Shown: in pieces, positions 31,205 through 39,836 of the stretch
Layout: the number at the start of each line of letters is the position of its first letter
Numbering within the stretch: position 1 is the stretch's first letter
Translations under genes and position numbers: made by a program
Notes under the pieces: generated by a model
The model's database searches: none
The model's input: only the letters and a program-made list of their open reading frames with translations
Told to the model about the DNA's origin: nothing
Source: an uncultured virus (IMG/VR IMGVR_UViG_3300032117_000007)
Lineage: Duplodnaviria > Heunggongvirae > Uroviricota > Caudoviricetes
DNA: 64,000 bases
IMG/VR virus record: IMGVR_UViG_3300032117_000007
Strand: one strand, 5' to 3'

Positions 31205-32047
31205 ATGGAAATTAAGATAGATATGGAACAGCTACGTCAGCGTAGTATTTTTCTTGCTGTTCCTATGTATGGCGGCGCTTGTATGGGTATGTTTGCCAAG
31301 TCTGTTGCAGATTTGTCGGCTATTTGTGCTGTAAATGGAATCAAGCTTAATTGTTATTTCCTTTTTAATGAATCTCTTATTACTAGAGCAAGAAATTATT
31401 GCGTTGATGAATTTATGCGGTCTGACTGCACGCATATGTTGTTCATTGACTCAGACATTGGATTTGATCCTCGAGATGTTCTGGCAATGCTTGCTCTCCA
31501 GTCTGATGATTCTGATTATGATGTTATTGCAGGTCCCTACCCTAAGAAGTGTATTTCTTGGGAAAAGATTAAGCTTGCAGTAGATAAGGGTATTGCAGAT
31601 GAGAATCCCAATGTTCTAGAAAAGTTTGTTGGTGATTATGTTTTCAATCCCAAGGGCGGTGGTGGATCCATTCGGATTGATGAGCCTGTGGAAGTATCAG
31701 AAGTTGGTACTGGCTTTATGATGGTTCGTAGAAATACCTTCGAGAAGTTCCTCGAGGCATATCCTCAGTATTATTACAAGCCTGATCATGTTCGGACAGA
31801 ACATTTTGATGGGTCTCGTGAGATTATGATGTATTTCCAGGCTGAAATTGAGCCCGAATCCAAGCGGTATCTATCAGAAGATTATTGGTTTACACATAAG
31901 ATCCATCAGATTGGTCTAAAGACGTGGTATTGCCCATGGATGCGGTTACAGCATTGTGGCATGTATATCTTTGGTGGTTCTTTAGTTGATCTTGCTTCTA
32001 TTGGTGCTCCTGCTACAGCAGATCCTGGAATGCTTGGCAAGAAGTAA
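31205..32047 (+). CDS. GT-A fold glycosyltransferase
   Basis: PMYGG, NESLITRARN, HMLFIDSDI (DxD), GTGFMM, YLSEDYWF. Confidence 0.75.
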   Translation: MEIKIDMEQLRQRSIFLAVPMYGGACMGMFAKSVADLSAICAVNGIKLNCYFLFNESLITRARNYCVDEFMRSDCTHMLFIDSDIGFDPRDVLAMLALQSDDSDYDVIAGPYPKKCISWEKIKLAVDKGIADENPNVLEKFVGDYVFNPKGGGGSIRIDEPVEVSEVGTGFMMVRRNTFEKFLEAYPQYYYKPDHVRTEHFDGSREIMMYFQAEIEPESKRYLSEDYWFTHKIHQIGLKTWYCPWMRLQHCGMYIFGGSLVDLASIGAPATADPGMLGKK

Positions 32048-32081
32048 AATTTGAATGCTGTGATCCCCATCTTATCATAGA

Positions 32082-32119
32082 GTCGGTGGATGTCTGTGCC
32101 ATCGCGACCGACATTTTTT
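32082..32119 (+). terminator. Terminator-like hairpin before gp45 promoter
   Basis: GTCGGT...ACCGAC stem followed by TTTTTT. Confidence 0.55.
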
Positions 32120-32173
32120 GTTGACTTTTCCCAACTATTGATTTATAATGACATATAACTTGGAGTTTATATA

Positions 32174-32827
32174 ATGAAGTTAAATCCTAAGACCGTTTCT
32201 ATTCTAAAGAACTTTTCAACAATCAATCCGTCGATCCTGATCAAGCCTGGTTCTACTTTAAAGACTATTTCACCGACAAAGACGGTGATGGCCATGGCAG
32301 AGATTCCAGATACTTTTGATAACATGTTTGCAATCTATAATTTGTCTCAATTTCTAGCTTGTATTTCAATGTTTAATAATCCGGAATTGGAATTTTCTTC
32401 CTCATCAGTTTCTGTTTCGGATGGAAATCGGTCGATTGTATATCATTATGCGGATCCTTCAGTTGTTCTGGCGCCACCTGATAAGGATATTGTTCTTCCT
32501 TCTAAGGATGCCAAGTTCCGTCTTGAGAATAAGGATATTCAAGATGTAACAAAGGCTCTTGGTATTCTTGGCTTGCCAGAACTTGCCGTTACAGGTGATG
32601 GGACCAATATTATTCTTCAGGCAGTTGATTCCAAGAATCAATCGACAAATCATTATTCTATTATTGTTGGTGAGACCAGTAAGGTTTTTCGTGCCATTTT
32701 CAAGGCGGAAAACCTTAAGATGACTGCAGGTGATTATGATGTGACACTATCCTCAAAGGGTATTTCATACTTTCAAGGTATTGAGGCTTCATACTATATT
32801 GCTATTGAGGCTTCTTCTACTTTCTAA
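32174..32827 (+). CDS. gp45: Sliding clamp gp45
   Basis: ILKNFSTINPSI, FAIYNLSQFL, GDYDV, YYIA. Confidence 0.93.
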   Translation: MKLNPKTVSILKNFSTINPSILIKPGSTLKTISPTKTVMAMAEIPDTFDNMFAIYNLSQFLACISMFNNPELEFSSSSVSVSDGNRSIVYHYADPSVVLAPPDKDIVLPSKDAKFRLENKDIQDVTKALGILGLPELAVTGDGTNIILQAVDSKNQSTNHYSIIVGETSKVFRAIFKAENLKMTAGDYDVTLSSKGISYFQGIEASYYIAIEASSTF

Positions 32828-32853
32828 TTTGATTTTTTATATTATGGGAATAT

Positions 32854-33795
32854 GTGATGTTAGAAGATTTTTTGTTTGTAGAAAAGTATCGGCCGCGTAC
32901 TATCGACGACTGTATTCTTCCCGATGATCTAAAGACCACATTCAAGCAATTTATTGCTCAGGATAATGTTCCTAACCTTATTCTCAGTGGTTCGGCAGGC
33001 ATTGGCAAGACTACAGTTGCTCGAGCACTTCTTGAGGAACTAGGTTCTGATTATATTATCATTAATGGTTCATTGAATGGTAATATTGATACACTCAGAA
33101 ATGAAATTCTTAATTTTGTGTCTGCTGTATCATTTACAGGAAAGCGGAAATATGTCATTCTAGATGAGGCAGATTATCTGAATGCCAATTCAACTCAACC
33201 AGCACTTCGTAATTTTATGGAGGAATTTTCCAAGAATGCCGGTTTTATTCTAACTTGTAATTTTAAACAGAGGATCATTCAACCGCTACATTCACGGTGT
33301 GCTGTTATTGATTTTAAAATTTCTAGCAAGGATTCTGCTAAACTTGCTTCTCAATTCCTTAAGCGTGCCCAATATATTCTTACAACCGAGAATATCAAGT
33401 TTGACCGTCAGGTACTTGCGGCAGTCATTGAAAAGTACTATCCAGACTGGCGCCGAGTTCTTAATGAACTACAACGCTATTCTGCAACAGGTCAAATCGA
33501 CACGGGTATCCTTACCAATTTCCAGGAAATTCCTATTACAGAGCTATTCAAGCTCCTAAAGGAAAAGGAATTTGATAAACTTCGGAAATGGCTTACAGAG
33601 AATTCGGATATTGATCAGAATGAAGTATTCCGATCCATGTATGATATTTGTGATAAGTATATTGCAAAAGCATCCATTCCTGTCCTTATCCTTCTCATTG
33701 CCGAATACCAATACAAAGGTAGTTTTGTAGCCAATATAGAACTAAATTTGCTAGCATTTCTAATTGAGATAATGCGCGAGGTGCAATTCGTATGA
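32854..33795 (+). CDS. gp44: Clamp loader large subunit gp44
   Basis: VEKYRP, GSAGIGKTT, ILDEAD, PLHSRC. Confidence 0.96.
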   Translation: MMLEDFLFVEKYRPRTIDDCILPDDLKTTFKQFIAQDNVPNLILSGSAGIGKTTVARALLEELGSDYIIINGSLNGNIDTLRNEILNFVSAVSFTGKRKYVILDEADYLNANSTQPALRNFMEEFSKNAGFILTCNFKQRIIQPLHSRCAVIDFKISSKDSAKLASQFLKRAQYILTTENIKFDRQVLAAVIEKYYPDWRRVLNELQRYSATGQIDTGILTNFQEIPITELFKLLKEKEFDKLRKWLTENSDIDQNEVFRSMYDICDKYIAKASIPVLILLIAEYQYKGSFVANIELNLLAFLIEIMREVQFV

Positions 33796-34238
33796 TTTCC
33801 ACCTTATTTGGAAAGGTAAACAAAGAAGTCGAGGAAAAGAGCACCGATCGAAAGGTCGGTGTCTTCGACATGATTAATTCTATTACAACTACAAAAAATT
33901 ATATGTTTGATGATGAAACCGCAAAGGAATATGCGCCATGGATTGTGAATAAATCACTTTCTGCTTTTCCTGAATTACTTTACCATGTCGATAGAATGAA
34001 CACATTCTCACATCTATCACCCAAGATGCAGTATGACTATTATTTTCATGCTGTTCCCAAAAATAAGAGATACAAGAAGTGGCTTAAAAAGGAAAAGAAC
34101 CCCGAGGAAAAATATATTGCTATACTCTCGGAAAAACTAAATTATTCCTATAGGAAAGCCGAAACTGCCTGGTCTCTCATGAGCAAGGAACAAAAGAAAC
34201 AGTTTGTTGATACATATATCGACAAGAATAAAAAATAA
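33792..34238 (+). CDS. gp62: Clamp loader small subunit gp62
   Basis: YAPWIVNKSLS, QYDYY, KWLK; follows gp44. Confidence 0.88.
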   Translation: MISTLFGKVNKEVEEKSTDRKVGVFDMINSITTTKNYMFDDETAKEYAPWIVNKSLSAFPELLYHVDRMNTFSHLSPKMQYDYYFHAVPKNKRYKKWLKKEKNPEEKYIAILSEKLNYSYRKAETAWSLMSKEQKKQFVDTYIDKNKK

Positions 34239-34273
34239 TAAATAAGGTATATTATCAATGAGGGTTTACGAGT

Positions 34274-34672
34274 ATGAGTATTGTAGATACATTTTTGGAG
34301 GTGAAGTTAGCTAACGAAGAAGATTTTCTTAAAATTAAGGAAACATTAACACGTATTGGTGTTGTGTCAAAGAAAGAAAAGAAACTTTATCAATCCTGTC
34401 ACATTCTTCATAAGCAGGGCCGCTACTTCATAACACATTTTAAAGAATTATTTGCATTAGATGGTAAGTCGACTGATTTCTCTGAGGAAGATCAGGGAAG
34501 ACGTAATACCATTGCCTCTCTCTTAGAAGAATGGAAATTATTTGAAATTATGAATAAGGAAAAGTTTCAAGAACCTAGAGCATCTTTAAATCAAATCAAG
34601 GTTCTTACTTACAAAGAAAAAAGTGAATATGAATTGGTATCAAAATATACCTTGGGGAAAAAGAGAACGTAA
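34274..34672 (+). CDS. regA: Translational repressor RegA
   Basis: DFLKIKETLTRIG, LYQSCHILHKQGRYFITHFKELFALDG. Confidence 0.96.
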   Translation: MSIVDTFLEVKLANEEDFLKIKETLTRIGVVSKKEKKLYQSCHILHKQGRYFITHFKELFALDGKSTDFSEEDQGRRNTIASLLEEWKLFEIMNKEKFQEPRASLNQIKVLTYKEKSEYELVSKYTLGKKRT

Positions 34673-34675
34673 TGG

Positions 34676-35005
34676 ATGTTTAGATTCTTTAGAAAAAAGA
34701 AAAAGAATACTGCTGAAGAGAAGCTGGATCAAATATCCAAGCTTCTCTTTCCACATTATGAAACACAAAAGGATGATCAAGGAAGAGTCTTTGTAGTTGA
34801 TTATTCCGTTGATAGTAATATTTTTGCTGCTCTAATGGATCTTCAAGATGGGAATAATGATCCCATAGTTCATGATATACTTGACCATTGCAATAAGCAA
34901 CTTATGGAAGCAAGAGAAATTCTAGATGCTTATTCAATTCTAAACAAAAAAGCCGAGTATGTCATTGTTGACCACCATGGATCAAACAAGGAAATACTCG
35001 GATGA
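34676..35005 (+). CDS. Hypothetical protein
   Basis: Operon ORF after regA. Confidence 0.55.
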   Translation: MFRFFRKKKKNTAEEKLDQISKLLFPHYETQKDDQGRVFVVDYSVDSNIFAALMDLQDGNNDPIVHDILDHCNKQLMEAREILDAYSILNKKAEYVIVDHHGSNKEILG

Positions 35006-35196
35006 GTGAGGATTTAGCACGAAAGCTTACATTTGCTATCGAGAAAATGATAGACGAGAAACTTCTTCTAGAAGAAGACAAGAGTTACTATGATTACAGA
35101 AGTTACAACAAACGATATAATAATAACTATAAACCTGCGGTCGACAACGTGAAGGATGTCATTCACCTAATAATGAATAGTCACTCCCATCGTTAG
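35002..35196 (+). CDS. Hypothetical protein
   Basis: ATGA overlap with previous ORF. Confidence 0.5.
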   Translation: MSEDLARKLTFAIEKMIDEKLLLEEDKSYYDYRSYNKRYNNNYKPAVDNVKDVIHLIMNSHSHR

Positions 35197-35566
35197 TATA
35201 TACAACTTTTTTGATATTAAAAGTTGCTATAGCTTTCATACAACCTGAACAAGGTTTTGAAAGACCCCAACCAATCTTACCGCCAATAAGTTTAATTCTA
35301 CATACGTATAAAGTACTTTTTCTAAAATCCTCAACGTCTATGGATTTAAGAGAATTATAGATACAATTGGTCTCAGCATGAAGATAAATTGCTTCTTCGT
35401 GATGGGAAAATTTAGCATGAAATGGATGACTTTTCATCTGATTCATACCAAATGCTTGTATCATCCCTTTATAAACAAGGCAAGCACAAACTCTTGCATT
35501 GGCAGCTCTTTCTATTGAAGATGCTGCCTTTGCAAGAGTGTTTAGATAGTATCTATGTTTATCCAT
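35159..35566 (-). CDS. Zinc-dependent cytidine-deaminase-fold protein
   Basis: HAE and SKPCSGC zinc motifs, LYVCR. Confidence 0.8.
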   Translation of the reverse strand: MDKHRYYLNTLAKAASSIERAANARVCACLVYKGMIQAFGMNQMKSHPFHAKFSHHEEAIYLHAETNCIYNSLKSIDVEDFRKSTLYVCRIKLIGGKIGWGLSKPCSGCMKAIATFNIKKVVYTNDGSDYSLLGE

Positions 35567-35979
35567 TAATCTTGTTTGTGCTTATAACAAGTGTAGCGAT
35601 ACCTAGCATCGGTAGGAAATCCACAACTTGCTTCCTCCAGACAACCTGGTTCATCACAAATACCATTCATATCGTCAGCAATAAAGCCTTCCTTTTTCAT
35701 TATCTTCCGGAATTCTTCATCTACTGTCTGATAAGGGCCAGAGCAATACCAATGCATGTAATCACCTTGACCACGAATTTCTGCTATTATTATCCCTGCA
35801 GCACGAAAAGAGTATGAGCATATTATCAACTGTTGACTTTTTATATAATACCAATCAACATTGGCCAAAGATGACCAAATACGAGTGCACAATGCTTCAT
35901 CAGTTTTCATGCGCTCACCCAGGTACTTGCTTATAGTATCTTCAAAGTGATCGTATATAGTTTCTTGAGTAACAGTCAC
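35566..35979 (-). CDS. Hypothetical early protein with C-terminal Cys/His motif
   Basis: L.NVDW...SYSFRAAG..IA.IRG.GDY..WYCSG. Confidence 0.6.
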   Translation of the reverse strand: MTVTQETIYDHFEDTISKYLGERMKTDEALCTRIWSSLANVDWYYIKSQQLIICSYSFRAAGIIIAEIRGQGDYMHWYCSGPYQTVDEEFRKIMKKEGFIADDMNGICDEPGCLEEASCGFPTDARYRYTCYKHKQD

Positions 35980-35996
35980 TGCTTTGCACCTTTGTT

Positions 35997-36212
35997 TTAT
36001 CCATATTGCATATCAATTATAGCGCCATTCTTATCAATGGCTCTGGCTTTCTTAGTCTTAGACGCTAATTGTGTTTTAAGAGCATTAAGAAGCCCCTGCC
36101 TGATAGACTGAGGATAGTTCGATGTGGTCGTGTAGTTATTCCAACGACCATACATATCTTGTATCTGAATTTGGATCACATCTGCCTCATGCATAACCAA
36201 GGATAACACCAA
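35997..36212 (-). CDS. Hypothetical early protein
   Basis: Part of leftward early operon. Confidence 0.5.
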   Translation of the reverse strand: MVLSLVMHEADVIQIQIQDMYGRWNNYTTTSNYPQSIRQGLLNALKTQLASKTKKARAIDKNGAIIDMQYG

Positions 36213-36393
36213 ACGGAGCTACAACAACACCAACAATCCTGAGTATCATCTCAGTTGTAAGAGGGTCGTTGAAATGTCTGAATATTTTGACAATGTTGAG
36301 AATATATCCTACAGTTGTAATTGCGGATAATGCAAATATTCCCGCAACATACAGAGAAAACCAATAAGCTGGTATACGATTCTTATTTCTCAT
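36187..36393 (-). CDS. Small membrane protein
   Basis: Two hydrophobic segments, GY..NIVKI...RIVGV...PFGVILGY. Confidence 0.6.
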   Translation of the reverse strand: MRNKNRIPAYWFSLYVAGIFALSAITTVGYILNIVKIFRHFNDPLTTEMILRIVGVVVAPFGVILGYA

Positions 36394-36599
36394 TATTCAG
36401 CGACCTGAAATTGAGTTTGATATTGCTCGATCAATTCAATCAACTCAGCCATTTCGTCGGAGATCCGATCAAAGTAAGGCTTTTCATATTCATTAAGATC
36501 CAAAGGCTCATTATCATCAATGGCATATCCTACCATTGCTTTCAGCTGACTTAGCTCTGAACATGTATTCTCAAACGCACAGTAAGACATTGAAGGCAT
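36393..36599 (-). CDS. Hypothetical early protein (MSYC.FENT type)
   Basis: Start behind GAGAGG RBS and a minus-strand TTGACA...TATAAT promoter at ~36625-36653. Confidence 0.6.
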   Translation of the reverse strand: MPSMSYCAFENTCSELSQLKAMVGYAIDDNEPLDLNEYEKPYFDRISDEMAELIELIEQYQTQFQVAE

Positions 36600-36659
36600 A
36601 ACAATTCCTCTCAAGTATATGTACATTATATCCCGGAACGGATATTTTGTCAACCATTA

Positions 36660-36815
36660 TTAAGCAAAAGGTTTCCGATCTCTGAATTCCACACGGTATT
36701 CAAAGCCGATCAGATTCTCAATTCGATCTAGAAGTTCTAGAGCATCAAGATAGTCATCTCGGTGATGCCGCTCGACAATCTTCCGACCTTTTTTAATAGT
36801 GATTTCGTATCGCAT
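36660..36815 (-). CDS. Hypothetical protein (51 aa, not in ORF track)
   Basis: MRYEITIKKGRKIVE...; AGGA RBS; fills the operon gap. Confidence 0.5.
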   Translation of the reverse strand: MRYEITIKKGRKIVERHHRDDYLDALELLDRIENLIGFEYRVEFRDRKPFA

Positions 36816-36823
36816 CTTATTTC

Positions 36824-37030
36824 CTATTCGTTAACAATTCCGGTGGGGTCGAACTCATCCTCAAGTTTAAAATCAAATGTTTCAATGTCGATTTCGTATG
36901 CCTCACACATTTTCTTGACATCAGCCTCACTCATCCAGAGAAGGAAGGATTCAATCAGCCAATCTCGATCCACTATGCCTTCTTGGACTGCTTCGAGCAA
37001 CTTATTGGTATATTCACGAACCGGTACCAT
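36824..37030 (-). CDS. Hypothetical early protein
   Basis: AGGAG RBS; leftward operon. Confidence 0.6.
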   Translation of the reverse strand: MVPVREYTNKLLEAVQEGIVDRDWLIESFLLWMSEADVKKMCEAYEIDIETFDFKLEDEFDPTGIVNE

Positions 37031-37041
37031 GTTTATATCTC

Positions 37042-37323
37042 CTAGTAATAGTGAACACGAGTTGTGTCGGTATTATGGAAGCGAGCATCGTAGTCTTCCA
37101 TGTGCTGCCCGTCGACGGGGCTGATGTTGACACCTGGCCGATGGCCGGGAGGCACCTCACTTTCTGTCAGATACCCAAAGCCACGATAATTCCCGGTCGA
37201 TAACAGCACAGACTCAAGTACCGTTATCATACCCCGCCGTTGTTCCGGGCCGAGAGTACTCTCGGAAAGCATCTTGTTAACCGAAGCGGTTAGCTCCGCA
37301 ATATTAATAGTTTTCCTAGCCAT
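37042..37323 (-). CDS. Hypothetical early protein
   Basis: First gene behind the leftward early promoter; LESVL..TGNYRGFGYL. Confidence 0.65.
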   Translation of the reverse strand: MARKTINIAELTASVNKMLSESTLGPEQRRGMITVLESVLLSTGNYRGFGYLTESEVPPGHRPGVNISPVDGQHMEDYDARFHNTDTTRVHYY

Positions 37324-37351
37324 GAGAATCCCTCTCCATCATCATATATGC

Positions 37352-37380
37352 ATCTTATACCAATTAAAGAAAAAAGTCAA
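37352..37380 (-). promoter_or_regulatory. Leftward early promoter TTGACT-17-TAAGAT
   Basis: Same -10/leader (TAAGATGCATATATGATG) as promoters at 37784 and 38059. Confidence 0.75.
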
Positions 37381-37783
37381 ACTAATCATATCAATAGGTT
37401 AGCGCTAACCTATTGATTTCCTTACAAATAAAAAAGTAAGTTTCTTAAACTTTTTTCGTTCTAATAGAATCAATGGGTTATGTGAGAGACGATGCTAAGG
37501 CTGTCAGGGTGGTATAAACCCACCTCTAGTGCTGCTTAGTTCGGCATTTTTAGCTAACGTATTGATAAGATTGGTATTTTTTCCAAACGTGCCTAGGCCT
37601 AACCCATTGATTTCATTAGGTTTTGGCAAGTAGAATCCTCATAAGAACGTCTGGTCCCAGGCCTTCTAAGCTAACGTATTGATTCTATTAGAACGAAAAA
37701 AGTTTAAGAAAACCTACTTTTTTATGTTCAATCATATCAATGGGTTAGGCACCTTACCTGGCTAACGTATTGATTTCCTTGGT

Positions 37784-37812
37784 TTGACTTTTTTAAGCAT
37801 TTGGTATAAGAT
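37784..37812 (+). promoter_or_regulatory. Rightward early promoter TTGACT-17-TAAGAT
   Basis: Consensus hexamers with shared leader. Confidence 0.75.
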
Positions 37813-37818
37813 GCATAT

Positions 37819-38055
37819 ATGATGTTAATGGAGATAGGTGTGACCGATTATTCTGACGGTGTTAAAGCTTTGGCCGATGCTACTTTGAAAGCAATTCGGG
37901 ATGCCGATGCTGTTATCAAAGATTATAACGATATTATAGATTATCTCGACCAAACCATGGAAATAATCCAGCCGTCAGGGTCGGATGAAATTCTTGGCGA
38001 TTACATGTATATCGAGGCATGGGATATGATTGCCCGCGAATTGGGTGTAAAATAG
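37819..38055 (+). CDS. Hypothetical early protein
   Basis: Probable true start GTG ~37840 after GGAG. Confidence 0.55.
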   Translation: MMLMEIGVTDYSDGVKALADATLKAIRDADAVIKDYNDIIDYLDQTMEIIQPSGSDEILGDYMYIEAWDMIARELGVK

Positions 38056-38058
38056 GTA

Positions 38059-38087
38059 TTGACTTATTTTTAAAAATAGGTTAAGAT
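38059..38087 (+). promoter_or_regulatory. Early promoter TTGACT-17-TAAGAT
   Basis: Third copy of the same promoter/leader. Confidence 0.75.
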
Positions 38088-38111
38088 GCATATATGATGG
38101 TGGAGATAGAT

Positions 38112-38591
38112 ATGTTGCTCAAACTAGTCAGATTGCCCGATAGGCTCAAGGCCCATCGGTCTGATATTCGGTCGGCGCTAAAATTCTATTCCACCATCTT
38201 GCTTGGCCCGCGGCTGACAGAGAATATTGAACTTGATGTCGAGTTCGATCCGACTCTTCACGAACGCGCTAGCGAATATGCATTTATGAACCCAGAGGAT
38301 GACGGACGGTCGCCGCGTTGGTTTACGATCACTGTTGACGCCAATATGGAATTTGACACTTTACTTAAGACGCTTGCCCATGAAATGGTGCATGTCAAAC
38401 AGTATGCCAGGAATGAACTCAGACATGTTGCAAAAGGTGGCGGTCGTCTTCACAAATGGTTCAATGAAACTATTGATGACGAAAAGGTAAACTATTGGGA
38501 TCTTCCCTGGGAAATTGAGGCTTTTGGTCGCGAACAAGGGCTCTTTGTTCGGTATATCGAATCGAAAGGTGAAACCGATGTACATAATTAA
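38112..38591 (+). CDS. Zincin-like metallopeptidase (HExxH)
   Basis: TLAHEMVHVKQY and PWEIEA motifs. Confidence 0.8.
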   Translation: MLLKLVRLPDRLKAHRSDIRSALKFYSTILLGPRLTENIELDVEFDPTLHERASEYAFMNPEDDGRSPRWFTITVDANMEFDTLLKTLAHEMVHVKQYARNELRHVAKGGGRLHKWFNETIDDEKVNYWDLPWEIEAFGREQGLFVRYIESKGETDVHN

Positions 38592-38763
38592 ACACGTGAA
38601 CAAGAATATAAGAATTACGGCAAATTCTTTTGAGGAATGCCAACGTGATTATTATTACCAATTCCGTGAGCAAGATGGATCAATTCCTTGGGAAATGTTT
38701 TATCTTCCGTCATTTGATGGTATTATGATCCACGTGGATCCTGTTACTGGCACAATGCTTTAA
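38578..38763 (+). CDS. Hypothetical protein
   Basis: Probable start MYIIK after AAGGTG. Confidence 0.45.
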   Translation: MYIIKHVNKNIRITANSFEECQRDYYYQFREQDGSIPWEMFYLPSFDGIMIHVDPVTGTML

Positions 38764-38777
38764 AAAGGAATACTAAG

Positions 38778-39014
38778 ATGGCTCGAATTAATATCTGGAA
38801 CTTGGTCGATGTAAATCAGATCGACGATATTATGCTTGATAAAATTCTACGATATTCTGGTTATGGATGTGATTTCATCTCGTCATCATTTTCATATATT
38901 GATGACTCAGGTGTTGCTGTTTTTAATATAGAAGTAGAAGAAGATAAACAATATCTTTTGGAACGGGTGTATATCAAGCTCGATGAGATTGGTAACCTTG
39001 TTGCTAAATTCTGA
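38778..39014 (+). CDS. Hypothetical protein
   Basis: AAGGA RBS. Confidence 0.55.
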   Translation: MARINIWNLVDVNQIDDIMLDKILRYSGYGCDFISSSFSYIDDSGVAVFNIEVEEDKQYLLERVYIKLDEIGNLVAKF

Positions 39015-39137
39015 GAAGGGAATGATTGGCATACCAAATTGATGGTAGGTAAACCTGGGCTTCATATTAGCTAAACTTTTTAATTGACATACATGAGAAA
39101 TGTGATATAGTCTAAAAATGATGAAATGATACATCAA

Positions 39138-39343
39138 GTGTCCTTAGCTCAGTTGGATAGAGCAACAACTAAAAAATTTAGTTATTCTATCTAGTTTAGA
39201 AGAAATAAAACAGTTTGCTCTTATGGTGAAATAGGATATCACACGGGTCTTCTAAACCCAGATTCTAGGTTCGAGTCCTAGTGAGAGCGCCAACCTATCT
39301 TCTAAGCTGTGGGCCGGTGGTTCGAATCCCCTACGGGATACCA
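39138..39343 (+). pseudogene. Split/degenerate tRNA-Arg(TCT): 5' half 39138-39169, 3' half 39299-39343
   Basis: GTGTCCTTAGCTCAGTTGGATAGAGCAACAAC ... CTTCTAAGCTGTGGGCCGGTGGTTCGAATCCCCTACGGGATACCA, with an intact tRNA in between. Confidence 0.7.
39217..39292 (+). tRNA. tRNA-Arg(TCT)
   Basis: Acceptor GCTCTTA/TGAGAGC, D stem GTGA/TCAC, loop CTTCTAA, T arm CTAGG-TTCGAGT-CCTAG, CCA. Confidence 0.9.
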
Positions 39344-39369
39344 ACTTAAACTTATGTGGAGAATACAAT

Positions 39370-39591
39370 ATGAATAAGCCTGCTACTGATCGTGTGTTTG
39401 CTCTTTTGGAACGTGGACAATCCTTGACGGCCGAACAAATTTCAAACCGTTTTAATGTAAGTAACCCATATCATGTTGTATATTCATTGCGAAATCGTGG
39501 TCTAAATATTATTACTACACCTCATACTATTCGTGGTAAGACGGTATCTAAGTATAGTTATATTGCGCCACGATCTAGGAAGAAGATGTAA
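39370..39591 (+). CDS. Winged-helix/HTH DNA-binding protein
   Basis: LL.RGQSLT..QI..RF.V......VYSLR.RG..I. Confidence 0.6.
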   Translation: MNKPATDRVFALLERGQSLTAEQISNRFNVSNPYHVVYSLRNRGLNIITTPHTIRGKTVSKYSYIAPRSRKKM

Positions 39592-39600
39592 AACAAGTTT

Positions 39601-39675
39601 TCGGGTGTAGCTCAGTGGTAGAGCAATCGGCTGTTAACCGATCGGTCGTAAGTTCGAATCTTACCACCCGAGCCA
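39601..39675 (+). tRNA. tRNA-Asn(GTT)
   Basis: Canonical cloverleaf, loop CTGTTAA, CCA. Confidence 0.95.
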
Positions 39676-39689
39676 GTTTGCCGGATTAG

Positions 39690-39832
39690 TAACAAGCGGT
39701 TCCTAGGTCTGCTTGGGTCTGTACCGGTAGAGGATCCCGACACCTCTATAAAAACGCGGAGGTTTGCCCCTCAAGGGGAATAACCGGTCACTCCGGTTCG
39801 AGCTGGGCGATCTCGTGAAACTGCCCTAGCCA
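39690..39832 (+). ncRNA. Candidate structured RNA ending in CCA within tRNA array
   Basis: GC-rich, several hairpins and a possible pseudoknot, no ORF, flanked by 19-bp direct repeats. Confidence 0.5.
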
Positions 39833-39836
39833 GTTT

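Larger units (their letters stand above)
37340..37824. repeat. Palindromic non-coding element: nested inverted repeats and eight WATCAANNNNTTR boxes
   Basis: Perfect 24-bp IR (37340-37363/37801-37824), perfect 34-bp IR (37441-37474/37678-37711), 28-bp palindrome (37390-37417). Confidence 0.9.

Noticed and set aside
36762..37124. Plus-strand 120-aa ORF and similar short ORFs nested in or antisense to core genes
   Set aside because: They overlap better-supported genes and lack RBS or motifs.
37389..37775. CRISPR array from the repeated 13-bp boxes
   Set aside because: Repeats are short, occur in both orientations and are irregularly spaced; no cas genes in the window.
39690..39832. tmRNA or twister ribozyme
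   Set aside because: It lacks the tmRNA GGGG 5' end, Ala acceptor identity and tag frame, and I could not place the twister core pairings; kept only as an unassigned ncRNA.
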